A DNA stretch of 61,613 bases, counting the filler, from Deltaproteobacteria bacterium (lineage in GTDB: Bacteria; Myxococcota; JACRCW01), in the NCBI GenBank assembly GCA_016218805.1. It is 3 parts of 3 records of this genome, joined end to end, with 100 filler letters (N's around TTAATTAATTAA, not from the genome) between each part and the next. Parts side by side here need not be neighbours in the genome. Positions count along the whole stretch, not along the records: positions 1 to 21,180 come from JACRCW010000041.1; 2 more parts are not named here. One strand, given 5' to 3'. The position numbers and the translations under genes are program-made. Positions 1 through 8,843 of the stretch are shown in pieces. Below the pieces are notes generated by a model that searched no databases, had not been told where the DNA came from, and worked only from the letters and a program-made list of their open reading frames with translations. Each line of letters opens with the position of its first letter. Positions within the stretch are counted from its first letter, which is position 1.

Positions 1-72
<72 letters not shown>

Positions 73-86
73 GCGGAAACCCGGTG

Positions 87-129
87 ACCGGGTGCCTTCG
101 GCAGCAACGGGGGCACCCGGTTCGCCTTT
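87..129 (+). terminator. hairpin after tRNA-Val, possible weak terminator or processing stem
   Basis: ACCGGGTGCC(87-96) pairs with GGCACCCGGT(112-121), followed by a short pyrimidine run. Confidence 0.4.
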
Positions 130-141
130 CTGGGGCGTGCC

Positions 142-2187
142 ATGACTGACATTTCAGTGATTCTCCCGGACGGTTCCAAGAAGACCCTGCCGCACGGCGC
201 CACCGCGGCGGACCTGGCGCTGTCCATCAGCGCGGGCCTGGCCAAGGCGGTGGTGGCCGCGCGCGTGAAGCTGGGCGCCAAGACGGAAGTGCGGGACCTG
301 CAGGCGCCGCTGGTGGACGGGGCGCAGGTCTGGCTGCTCAAGCTGGATGACAAGGACGCGCAGGACATCATGCGCCACTCGGCGGAGCACGTGCTGGCCA
401 CCGCGGTGTGCCGCCTGTTCCCCGGCGCGCAGGTCACCATGGGCCCGCGCGATCACGGCAAGGAGTTCTATTACGACTTCGACATCGGCCGGCCGTTCAC
501 GCCGGAGGACCTCGAGCGGATTGAGGCCGAGATGCAGAAGCTCATCACGGAGGACAAGCCGTTCATCCGCCGCGAGGTGCCCAAGCCGCAGGCGCGCGAG
601 GAGTTCAAGCAGCTGGGCCAGAAGTACAAGGACCAGATCCTGGACTGGATCCCCGACGATAACGTCACCATCTACCAGAACCACGACTTCACGGACCTGT
701 GCCGCGGGCCGCACCTGCCGTCCACCGGGCGCATCAAGGCGGTCAAGCTGACCGGCGTGGCGGGTGCGTACTGGCGCGGTGACCAGAGCCGGGAAATGCT
801 CCAGCGCATCAGCGGGCAGGCCTTCACGTCCAAGGATGAGATGACCAAGCACTTTGCCCAGTTGGAAGAGGCAAAGAAGCGTGACCACCGCAAGCTGGGG
901 AAGGAACTGGAACTGTTCTTCTTTGACCCGCTTGCCCCGGCGAGCCCGTTCTTCCTGCCGCGCGGCGCGCTGGTCTACAACAAGCTGGTTGAATACGTCC
1001 GCAAGCTGTACGTGAAGTACGGCTATGACGAGGTGGTGACGCCGCAGATCTTTGACACCAAGCTGTTCAAGACCTCCGGGCATTACGACAACTACGAAGA
1101 GAACATGTACTTCGGGTACGGCGGCCTGTCCCTGCGCAAGCTCAACGGGTTGATTCGCCAGGTTGCGGAAGACAACAAGGACAACAAGGACCTCTTTGCC
1201 AAGGATGTGTTCGGTGATTCGGCTGAGGAGGACGTGGAATGGCGGGAGTTTGGCGTCAAGCCAATGAACTGCCCGGGGCACTGCATCCTGTACGCGCACT
1301 CGCTGCACAGCCACCGCGACCTGCCCATGCGCATTGCGGACTTTGGACGGCTGCACCGTTTTGAGAAGGGCGGGGTGACGCACGGCCTGGCGCGCGTGCG
1401 CACCTTCAGCCAGGACGACGCGCACATCTTCTGCACGCCGGACCAGGTGCAGGCGGAGATTGTGAGTTTTGTGAACCTGCTGGATGAGGTCTACCGCGCG
1501 TTTGAGTTCAACGACGTGCGCATCCGCCTGGCCACGCGGCCGGAGAAGCGCGCCGGCAGCGACGCGGACTGGGACCGCGCGGAGAAGGCGCTGGAGGAGG
1601 CGCTCATGGGGGTGAAGCGTGAGTTCACCTTCTCACCCGGTGAGGGCGCGTTTTACGGCCCCAAGCTGGAGTTCCACGTGAAGGACGCGCTGGAGCGGTC
1701 CTGGCAGTTGGGGACCATCCAGGTGGACTACGTGCTGCCCGGGCCGGACCGCTTTGCGCTCACGTTCATCAACCGCGAAGGCGCCAAGGACCAGGTGGTC
1801 ATGCTCCACCGCGCCATCCTGGGGAGTCTGGAGCGGTTCTTGGGCGTGTACCTGGAGCACATTGGCGGGAAGTTCCCGGCATGGCTGGCGCCGGAGCAGG
1901 CCCGCATCCTCCCCATCACCGACGAGGCCATGAGCTACGCCAACGAGCTCCGCGCGCGGCTGTTGGCGCGCGGTTTGCGCGTGGACCTGGACGCGCGGCA
2001 GGAGAAGTTGGGCTTCAAGGTGCGTGAGGCGCAGCTGATGCAGGTGCCGTTCGCGCTGGTGATTGGGAACAAGGAGGTGGCAGACAAGGGCGTGACGGTG
2101 CGCCAGCGCGGCGGCAAGGACCTGGGGTTCATGGCGGAGGACGCGCTGACGGCGTTCATCGTCAAGGAATGCACCATGCCGGGGTGA
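142..2187 (+). CDS. thrS: threonine--tRNA ligase
   Basis: N-terminal TGS domain, editing-domain HSAEH and DLCRGPH, catalytic KPMNCPGH, QDDAHIF, GEGAFYGPK, HRAILGSLERF, anticodon-binding C-terminus. Confidence 0.99.
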   Translation: MTDISVILPDGSKKTLPHGATAADLALSISAGLAKAVVAARVKLGAKTEVRDLQAPLVDGAQVWLLKLDDKDAQDIMRHSAEHVLATAVCRLFPGAQVTMGPRDHGKEFYYDFDIGRPFTPEDLERIEAEMQKLITEDKPFIRREVPKPQAREEFKQLGQKYKDQILDWIPDDNVTIYQNHDFTDLCRGPHLPSTGRIKAVKLTGVAGAYWRGDQSREMLQRISGQAFTSKDEMTKHFAQLEEAKKRDHRKLGKELELFFFDPLAPASPFFLPRGALVYNKLVEYVRKLYVKYGYDEVVTPQIFDTKLFKTSGHYDNYEENMYFGYGGLSLRKLNGLIRQVAEDNKDNKDLFAKDVFGDSAEEDVEWREFGVKPMNCPGHCILYAHSLHSHRDLPMRIADFGRLHRFEKGGVTHGLARVRTFSQDDAHIFCTPDQVQAEIVSFVNLLDEVYRAFEFNDVRIRLATRPEKRAGSDADWDRAEKALEEALMGVKREFTFSPGEGAFYGPKLEFHVKDALERSWQLGTIQVDYVLPGPDRFALTFINREGAKDQVVMLHRAILGSLERFLGVYLEHIGGKFPAWLAPEQARILPITDEAMSYANELRARLLARGLRVDLDARQEKLGFKVREAQLMQVPFALVIGNKEVADKGVTVRQRGGKDLGFMAEDALTAFIVKECTMPG

Positions 2188-2297
2188 GTGCGCCTGCATG
2201 CCGGCAGGCATGCAGACACGCCGCCCCCCCTGGTGGGCGGCCCCGCGCCGAACCCGCTTCGACGACGAGGTGTGGAGGCGCGGGGGGTGGGGGGTGA

Positions 2298-2717
2298 GTG
2301 AGCGCGTCACGCAAGCAGCGGGGAATCCCGGCCAATCCGGTGATAGAGCGCGCGCGGGAGTTGCGCGCGGGAATGACGGATGCGGAGAAGAAGCTGTGGG
2401 CGGGCTTGCGGCGGCGCGCCCTGGACGGCGCGCGTTTCCGCCGACAGTTCCCGGTGGGGCCGTTCATCGCGGACTTTGCCTGCCGGGAGCGCTGGCTGGT
2501 CGTTGAAGTTGACGGCGGCCAGCACGCGGAACACACGGCGGAGGACGCGCAGCGCACGGCGTGGCTTGAACGCCACGGGTACCGCGTCCTGCGGTTCTGG
2601 AACCACGAGGTGCTCAACAACCTGGAGGGCGTGCTGTTGGTGGTGGCGGAAGACCTGCGCAACCACCCCCATCACCGGCGCGCCGGCGCCGGCCGCCCCC
2701 GCAAGGGGGGCGGGTGA
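2298..2717 (+). CDS. DUF559 (Vsr-like/PD-(D/E)xK) endonuclease domain protein
   Basis: Family-typical motifs RARELR..MTDAEKKLW..LR, FRRQFPVGPFIADFAC, LVVEVDGGQH, D..RT.WL..GYRVLRFWNHEV. Confidence 0.9.
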   Translation: MSASRKQRGIPANPVIERARELRAGMTDAEKKLWAGLRRRALDGARFRRQFPVGPFIADFACRERWLVVEVDGGQHAEHTAEDAQRTAWLERHGYRVLRFWNHEVLNNLEGVLLVVAEDLRNHPHHRRAGAGRPRKGGG

Positions 2718-2856
2718 AATGCGCGTCCACCCTGCCGGGGTGAATGCGCCTGCATGCCGGCAGGCATGCAGACACGCCGCCCCCCTCTTGGGGGGCGGCC
2801 CCGCGCCGAACCCGCTTCGACGACGAGATGCGGAGGCGCGGGGAGGTGGGGGGTGA

Positions 2857-3090
2857 GTGAGGGCGTCACGCAACCAGCGGGGTATCCCGGCAAATCCGGT
2901 CATAGAGCGCGCGCGCGAGCTGCGCGCGACGATGACGGATGCAGAGAAGAAGCTGTGGGCGGGGCTTGCGGCGGCGCGCCCTGGACGGCGCGCGTTTCCC
3001 CAAACAGTTCAAGGTGCTGAACAACCTGTAGGGCGTGCTGTTGGCGGTGGCGGAAGACCTGCGCAACCACCCCCATCACCGGCGCCTGCC
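2857..3090 (+). pseudogene. degenerate second DUF559 copy
   Basis: Same 5' half as 2298-2717, but an extra G near 2961 shifts the frame, ~157 bp of the core is deleted (CAGTTC joined to AAGGTGCTGAACAAC), and GAG is changed to TAG near 3028. Confidence 0.85.
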
Positions 3091-3197
3091 GGCGCCGACC
3101 GCGCCCTGCGCCCGCCGACGTGGAGCTGCGGCCCGGAGCACCTGGGCTCCTGGCCTCAAGGAATGCGCGATGCCCGGTGAGGGGTAGACTCACGTCC

Positions 3198-3787
3198 ATG
3201 GTCGCCGTCTCCGGTCGCCTCCCATTCACCTACGCGGAATACGCGCTGATTCCCGACGACGGCCGCCGGCATGAACTCATTGCGGGGGACTTCCACGTGA
3301 ACCCGGTACCCCGAACGTCTCATCAGACGCTGTCACTGGCCTGGTCTTGGAGATTGTGTCGGCCGTAAGAGGATCTGGAGCGGGGGCAGTCTTCTATTCG
3401 CCCGTGGATGTGATCCTCAGTGACACGGACGTCGTGCAACCGGATATCGTGGTGGTGGCGGAAGCGCACCGGGACCGGGTGACGGAGCGCGCGGTGGAAG
3501 GCGCGCCGGACCTCGTCATCGAGATCCTCTCCCAGAATCGTGCGCATGACACCGTCCTCAAGCGCGCGCTCTACGCGCGCTACGGCGTGCCGGAGTACTG
3601 GATCGTTGACGGGGACGCGGCCACGGTGGAGGTCCTGCGCCTGCGCCGTACCGGCTACGCGCGCCACGCGCTCTTCGGCCGGCGGGACACGCTGGTGTCA
3701 CCGTCGTTTGACGGGCGCCTCCGCGTGGACCTGGCGCGCGTGTTTGCGCCCGCCTTCGCGCCGCGGAAGCGGGCCCGGCGCGCCTGA
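3198..3787 (+). pseudogene. Uma2 (DUF820) family endonuclease, split by a 1-nt frameshift near 3341
   Basis: One frame gives FTYAEYALIPDDGRRHELIAG..P...HQ; the next gives SPVDVILSDTDVVQPDI, GAPDLVIEILS, KRALYARYGVPEYWIVD. Adding one C at GCC^TGGTC restores ..SLALVLEIV.. Could be a sequencing error. Confidence 0.85.
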
Positions 3788-3909
3788 CGGGTCCCGGGCG
3801 GTGCCCGGCCGCTTGCCGCCCCAGTGCGCGTGGCCTACAGACCCCGGTCCCTCCGCGTGGGAGCAACATGAAACTGGGCCGGGCGTGAGCACGTCCCAGG
3901 GGTAGGAAG

Positions 3910-4830
3910 ATGGCCAGCCGCAAGAAGGACAAGGAGCCGCCCAGGGCGCCGGAGCCACCTCCGCCGGAGGTGTCCACGCTTCCGGATTACGTCAAGGGCG
4001 AGTTCGACCGCGCGGCTGCCAAGGACTACGTCCCGCGCAGTGAGAGCGACCACGCCTACCTGCGCGTGGGGCTGGAGGGTTTTGAGGGCCCGCTGGACCT
4101 GCTGCTGCACCTCATCCAGAAGCACGCGCTGGACATCCTCAACATCCCGGTCAGCTTCATCACGGAGAAGTTCCTTGCCGTCCTGGATGAGATGAAAGCG
4201 CAGGACATTGACATTGCCGCGGAGTTCCTGGTGATGGCCGCCACGCTGGCCCACATCAAGAGCCGCATGCTGCTCCCGCCTGACGAGGTGGACGACCTGG
4301 AGGAGGACGAGGAGGGCGACCCGCGCGCGGAGCTGGTGCGGCGGCTGCTGGAATACCAGAAGTACAAACAGGCGGCGGCGGACCTGATGTCCCGCGGGTT
4401 GCTGTTCAAGGACGTCTGGCCGCGCGGGCGCGCGGGCGAGATGGCGCAGGCCGTTGAGGAAACGCGCGTGGAGCTGGGGGCCATGGACCTCATTGCCGCG
4501 CTGGAGGAGATCCTCCGGCGCGCCAAGGTGCCCATCAGCCACGACATTGTCTTTGAGCGCATGACGGTGGGTGCGCGCATCAATGAGGTGGTGGAGCTGT
4601 GCCGCGCGCGCGAGCACTTCACGTTTGAGACCGCGCTGATGTGGGAGAGCCGCGGCGCGCCGGACCGCAGCCGCGTGGTCATCACGCTGCTGGCGCTGCT
4701 GGAGATGGCGCGCCTCAAGCTGGTGCGCATCCACCAGCCGGCGGAGGGCGGCACCATCTACGTCACGCCCAACAAGGACAACCTGACGCAGGCGGAAGGC
4801 GCGTTGGGCGCGGACAAGGACTACGTGTGA
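3910..4830 (+). CDS. scpA: segregation and condensation protein A
   Basis: FEGPLDLLLHLI, AAEFLVMAATL..IKSRMLLP, DPRAELVRRLLEYQKYK, C-terminal LALLEMARL. Confidence 0.96.
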   Translation: MASRKKDKEPPRAPEPPPPEVSTLPDYVKGEFDRAAAKDYVPRSESDHAYLRVGLEGFEGPLDLLLHLIQKHALDILNIPVSFITEKFLAVLDEMKAQDIDIAAEFLVMAATLAHIKSRMLLPPDEVDDLEEDEEGDPRAELVRRLLEYQKYKQAAADLMSRGLLFKDVWPRGRAGEMAQAVEETRVELGAMDLIAALEEILRRAKVPISHDIVFERMTVGARINEVVELCRAREHFTFETALMWESRGAPDRSRVVITLLALLEMARLKLVRIHQPAEGGTIYVTPNKDNLTQAEGALGADKDYV

Positions 4831-4839
4831 GGTGAAACG

Positions 4840-6225
4840 GTGACCCAGGACACGGAAACGGCGGAACAGGCCCCAGCCGGTGCGCCGGCGGCGCCGGAGC
4901 AGATGGAGCTGGCGCCCCGCCGCGCAGAGGATGATGGCACGCCCCAGGCCCTGGGTGCGCGCGCCGTGCTGGTGGTGCTGCGCCTGGCGGCCGCCGTGGC
5001 GCAGGCGGAAGTGGCCGCCCGTCCCCCGCCCGAGCCGCCGCGCGAGGGCCCGCCGCCCGGCGAGACCGCGGCGCAGTTCCTGGACCGGCTCACCGGGATT
5101 GTGGAGGCGGTGATCTTTGCTGCGGACCACCCGGTGACCGTGAAGGAGCTGGTGAAGGTGCTCACGGACGCGGAGGAGGTCCAGGCCACGGCGGAGACCG
5201 TGACCACCATGCTGGAGCGCCTCAAAGCGCGCCACCAGCCGCCGCACAGCGGGATGCAGCTCACGGAGGTGGCCGGCGGCTGGGCGCTGCGCACCAGCCC
5301 GCGCGCGGGGCGGTACCTGCGGCAGGCCAACCAGGACAAGCCGTTCCGCATGGGCCGCGCGGCGCTGGAGACGCTGGCCATGGTGGCCTACCGCCAGCCG
5401 GTGACCAAAGCGCAGGTGGATGAACTGCGCGGCGTGGACAGCACCGGTGCGCTCAAGGCGCTGCTGGACAAGCACCTGGTGCGCGTCCTGGGGAAGGCGG
5501 AGGAGGTGGGCCGGCCGCTGCTGTACGGCACCACCAAGGTGTTTCTGGAGGCGTTCAACCTGCGCGTGCTCAGTGATCTCCCCACGCTGAAGGAATACCA
5601 GGAGCTGTCCGCGGAGAATCAGGCCAAGGTGGACGCGCAGGCGCCCGTGCAGGCGCTGGGGCGCATCCGTGATCTGGCGCAGCCCGGGGCGCGGCTGGTC
5701 AGCGCGGAGGCAGAACAGGAGGGGGACCAGGCCCTCACGGAACTGGACCGCGCGCTGGGCGCGGCCACCACCACGGGGCGCACCACCGAGGTGCTGCTCA
5801 AGGGCGGCGGGAAGCTTCCCCCGGGCATGGACCTCAGCAAGCTGGTGCAGACGGAGCGGCCACCGTTCAATGACGAGGACGGCGCGCCCGGTGACCCGGA
5901 ACTGGAACCGCCGCCGCCGCCCCCGGCGCCGTCGGATGAGGAGACGCCGGCGGAGTTTGGGGACCCGGTGACGCAGTCTGACGGCGCGGGGCCGGCGTTC
6001 CCGCTGGAGGACGTGCCCCCGCCCGGCGGCGCCGGGGAAGAACCGCCCCCGCCGGAGGAGCCCCCGCCTGACGAGGATGCACCGCCGGACGCGGGTGACC
6101 TGGAGGATGCGGACGACGAGGAGTTTGACGACGAGGATGAGCTGGATGACGAGGAAGACGGGGACCCTGAGGGACCCGAGGGCAACGGTGGCGCCGGGAC
6201 GGATGGCGCTGATGAGCCGGCGTGA
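4840..6225 (+). CDS. scpB: SMC-Scp complex subunit ScpB with long acidic/Pro-rich C-terminal tail
   Basis: IVEAVIFAA..PV, AALETLA.VAYRQPVT, RGVDS, GRPLLYGTT..FLE.FNL..L.DLP; follows scpA. Confidence 0.95.
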   Translation: MTQDTETAEQAPAGAPAAPEQMELAPRRAEDDGTPQALGARAVLVVLRLAAAVAQAEVAARPPPEPPREGPPPGETAAQFLDRLTGIVEAVIFAADHPVTVKELVKVLTDAEEVQATAETVTTMLERLKARHQPPHSGMQLTEVAGGWALRTSPRAGRYLRQANQDKPFRMGRAALETLAMVAYRQPVTKAQVDELRGVDSTGALKALLDKHLVRVLGKAEEVGRPLLYGTTKVFLEAFNLRVLSDLPTLKEYQELSAENQAKVDAQAPVQALGRIRDLAQPGARLVSAEAEQEGDQALTELDRALGAATTTGRTTEVLLKGGGKLPPGMDLSKLVQTERPPFNDEDGAPGDPELEPPPPPPAPSDEETPAEFGDPVTQSDGAGPAFPLEDVPPPGGAGEEPPPPEEPPPDEDAPPDAGDLEDADDEEFDDEDELDDEEDGDPEGPEGNGGAGTDGADEPA

Positions 6226-6263
6226 GCGTCGGGCAGGACGGACACGTCCGGAGGTCAACTGAG

Positions 6264-7172
6264 ATGGCAAAGCATGAAGGAGCCGGCAAGGCGCAGACGC
6301 GCACCGGTGAGACGTTGGATGAAGCGCTGCGCAAGGCCAAGCGGCAGCCGCGGCTGGGACCCGGGCAGTTGGAGCGCGCGCCGCTGGCCGCCGGCGAAGA
6401 CGACACGCCCGACGTGGAGCGGCTGAACAAGGCGCTGGCGCGCGCGGGCGTGGCCAGCCGCCGCGCGGTGGATGAACTCATCCGCGCGGGCAAGGTGAGC
6501 GTGAACGGCCAGGTGGTCACGCAGCTGGGGCAGAAGGTGGACGTGCGGCTGGACCGCGTGCTGGTGGACGGCAAGCGCGTGGCGCTCATCTCAGAGGAAG
6601 CGCAGGTCAAGGTGTACTTCCTCCTCAACAAGCCGCCCAAGGTGCTCACCACCGCCAAGGATGACCGCGGCCGCTCCACGGTGATGGACTACGTGGCGGG
6701 CGCGGCGGAGGGACGCATCTACCCGGTGGGCCGCCTGGATTATGACGCGGAGGGCGCGCTGCTGCTGACCAATGACGGTGAGCTGGCCGCCAAGCTGATG
6801 CACCCGCGCACGCACGTGGCCAAGGTCTACCAGGTGAAGGTGAAGGGCGAACCGGAGGAGCGCCAGTTGGACCTGCTGCGCCGCGGCATCCGCCTGGAGG
6901 ACGGGCCCACGCGGGCCTGCAAGATTGACGTGGTGAAGAAGGCGCGCGTGAACACCTGGGTGGAGGTCACCCTCACCGAGGGGAAGAACCGGCAGCTCAA
7001 ACGCATGTTCTGGCGCATCCGGCACCCGGTGCTGAAGATCCTCCGCGTGAAATACGGCCCGGTGGACCTGGGTGACCTGGGCACCGGCGAATTCCGGGAA
7101 CTCAAGCGCGCCGAGGTGGAGGCGCTGCGCAAGGCGGTGGACGTCGCCGGCACCGCGCGGCCGCACGCCTAG
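6264..7172 (+). CDS. rluB: 23S rRNA pseudouridine synthase (RluB/RsuA family)
   Basis: S4 domain ERLNKALARAGVASRR, LLNKP, catalytic YPVGRLDYDAEG, EGKNRQLKRMF; conserved scpA-scpB-rluB order. Start at ATG 6264 is an estimate. Confidence 0.9.
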   Translation: MAKHEGAGKAQTRTGETLDEALRKAKRQPRLGPGQLERAPLAAGEDDTPDVERLNKALARAGVASRRAVDELIRAGKVSVNGQVVTQLGQKVDVRLDRVLVDGKRVALISEEAQVKVYFLLNKPPKVLTTAKDDRGRSTVMDYVAGAAEGRIYPVGRLDYDAEGALLLTNDGELAAKLMHPRTHVAKVYQVKVKGEPEERQLDLLRRGIRLEDGPTRACKIDVVKKARVNTWVEVTLTEGKNRQLKRMFWRIRHPVLKILRVKYGPVDLGDLGTGEFRELKRAEVEALRKAVDVAGTARPHA

Positions 7173-7432
7173 CCGCGGACCGCCGGCAGGGCAGCCGCAG
7201 CCATCCGGAGCGCACCTCCGAGCGTGCACGTTTGACGTCGTGGCGGCGGGGCCTGCGCAGTTCCACCGCAGCGCGGGAAAGCCGTCCTGGGGGGCTGGGG
7301 CGGTTGGGGACACGCCGCAACACGCCGCACCGACGCGTAACCGGCGGATGCCCGCGGGGCAGGGTTGGTGCTACAGGCGCCCGCGATTTGATACGCGGAC
7401 GGGGTCAGAAGCCCCGCGGAAAGGTGTGGCCG

Positions 7433-8347
7433 ATGGGACGCGTGGTGGGCCTGATCCTCGTGCTGGCGGTGGCGGTCGGCGGGCTGGGGTTTGTGTTCAA
7501 GGGGCTGGACAGCCAGGTCAAGCGCCTGAAGTTTGAGAATGAGCGGAGCGTGCTCAAGGCCAAATTCCAGGCGCGCATGCCGCACCTCATCCAGTCCGAT
7601 GACGAGCACGCGGCGTTTGACCTGGTGAGCGCGGTGAAGTCCTACGGCAAGGACCTGGCGGAGCTGTACAAGAAGTACCCCGAGTTCCGGGACCCGGACT
7701 GGGCGCTCAAGCGCTACGAGCAGGACTACAAGGACAAGAAGATCGACGAGAAGAAGATGCAGGGCATCCGCGAGCGCACCGCCATGGTGCGGGCGGTGTG
7801 GGAGAAGCTGCTCAAGGGCGAATACAAGCCGGTGGCGGTGGCGCACGACAAGAGCATCCGCGTGGACCTGCACACCATTGAGAAGAAGGCGAGCGAGGGC
7901 GAGGAGAAGCTGTTTGTGCACGTGCTCATCCTGGGCATCCTGGCGGACAAGTCCCTCAGCTACGGGACCATTGCCATGGACGTCCCCCTGGAGGACGACG
8001 AGGCAACGGCCAAGAAGCGCAAGGCCGGGCAGCTCAAGGACCTCAAGCAGGAGCGCAAGGCGCAGATCAGCGGCCAGGGCGAACCCAACACGCTCATCCC
8101 GGAGCCGGACAAGTGGGTGGAGGACTTCCCCCCGGGCATGGGCGTGGCGTTCTACAACTTCCCAATGTTCCCCGGGGAGGCCAAGGGCCTGGAGCTGACG
8201 CTGGGCTACGAGGTGAAGAACCCGGGCGGCGGCCACGTGGTCAACGAGCTCAAGTACAAGATTCCCCTGGACGCCAGTTGGAAGCTCCCGGCCGGCGCGG
8301 CGTTTGGCGCGGATGAGGCCAACGCCAACACCGGTGACGACGAGTAG
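7433..8347 (+). CDS. hypothetical protein with N-terminal membrane anchor/signal peptide
   Basis: Strong GC3-biased coding pattern, Lys/Glu-rich body, N-terminal hydrophobic MGRVVGLILVLAVAVGGLGFVF. Confidence 0.8.
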   Translation: MGRVVGLILVLAVAVGGLGFVFKGLDSQVKRLKFENERSVLKAKFQARMPHLIQSDDEHAAFDLVSAVKSYGKDLAELYKKYPEFRDPDWALKRYEQDYKDKKIDEKKMQGIRERTAMVRAVWEKLLKGEYKPVAVAHDKSIRVDLHTIEKKASEGEEKLFVHVLILGILADKSLSYGTIAMDVPLEDDEATAKKRKAGQLKDLKQERKAQISGQGEPNTLIPEPDKWVEDFPPGMGVAFYNFPMFPGEAKGLELTLGYEVKNPGGGHVVNELKYKIPLDASWKLPAGAAFGADEANANTGDDE

Positions 8348-8352
8348 CCGGC

Positions 8353-8823
8353 CTACCCGCGCTTCTCCAACTCCGGGAAGCGGTAGATCACCACGCCCGT
8401 CTCCGCGTGGTTCTCCACCACCGCCACGCCGCGGCGCATCAATGCCGTGAGTTCCTCGTCCACCGCCGCGTAGTCCGCGCCGGTGTCCATCACCGCTTCA
8501 GACAGCGTGATGGCGCCGTTGCGGGTGGCGGCGGCGCGCAGCAGCTCATGCATCAGGGAACCGGGGTGTGGCGCGGGTGCCGGCAGTTCCAGCGGCGCGT
8601 GCCCCTCGCCGCGCAGCTGGCGGCGGAAGCGCCACTGGTCATTGGCGTCTTCCACCAGGCGGTCCATGGAGATGGCGTCAATGACCATCCCAATCCCGCC
8701 CAGGTTCCACGTGCACAGGTACAACAGCCCGGACCACGGCCGGCCCAGGTAGAACCGGTGCAGCCCGCCCAGCCCCACGCCGCCGAGCGCCCAGAAGATC
8801 CACGCGAGCGTCTTGTCATGCAT
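8353..8823 (-). CDS. TM2/NINE domain membrane protein with C-terminal winged-helix-like part
   Basis: TM2 signature AWIFW..GG.GLHRFYLGR..SGLLYLCT..LGGIG. Confidence 0.85.
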   Translation of the reverse strand: MHDKTLAWIFWALGGVGLGGLHRFYLGRPWSGLLYLCTWNLGGIGMVIDAISMDRLVEDANDQWRFRRQLRGEGHAPLELPAPAPHPGSLMHELLRAAATRNGAITLSEAVMDTGADYAAVDEELTALMRRGVAVVENHAETGVVIYRFPELEKRG

Positions 8824-8843
8824 GGGTGGCCGGCTCCGTCCCG

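Larger units (their letters stand above)
2177..3100 (+). repeat. two tandem copies of a hairpin-rich DUF559 cassette (copy 1 ~2177-2732, copy 2 ~2733-3100)
   Basis: Both copies start TGCCGGGGTGA(G/A)TGCGCCTGCATGCCGGCAGGCATGCAGACACGCCGCCCCCC and align through the leader and the 5' half of the gene; copy 2 has an internal deletion. Confidence 0.9.
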
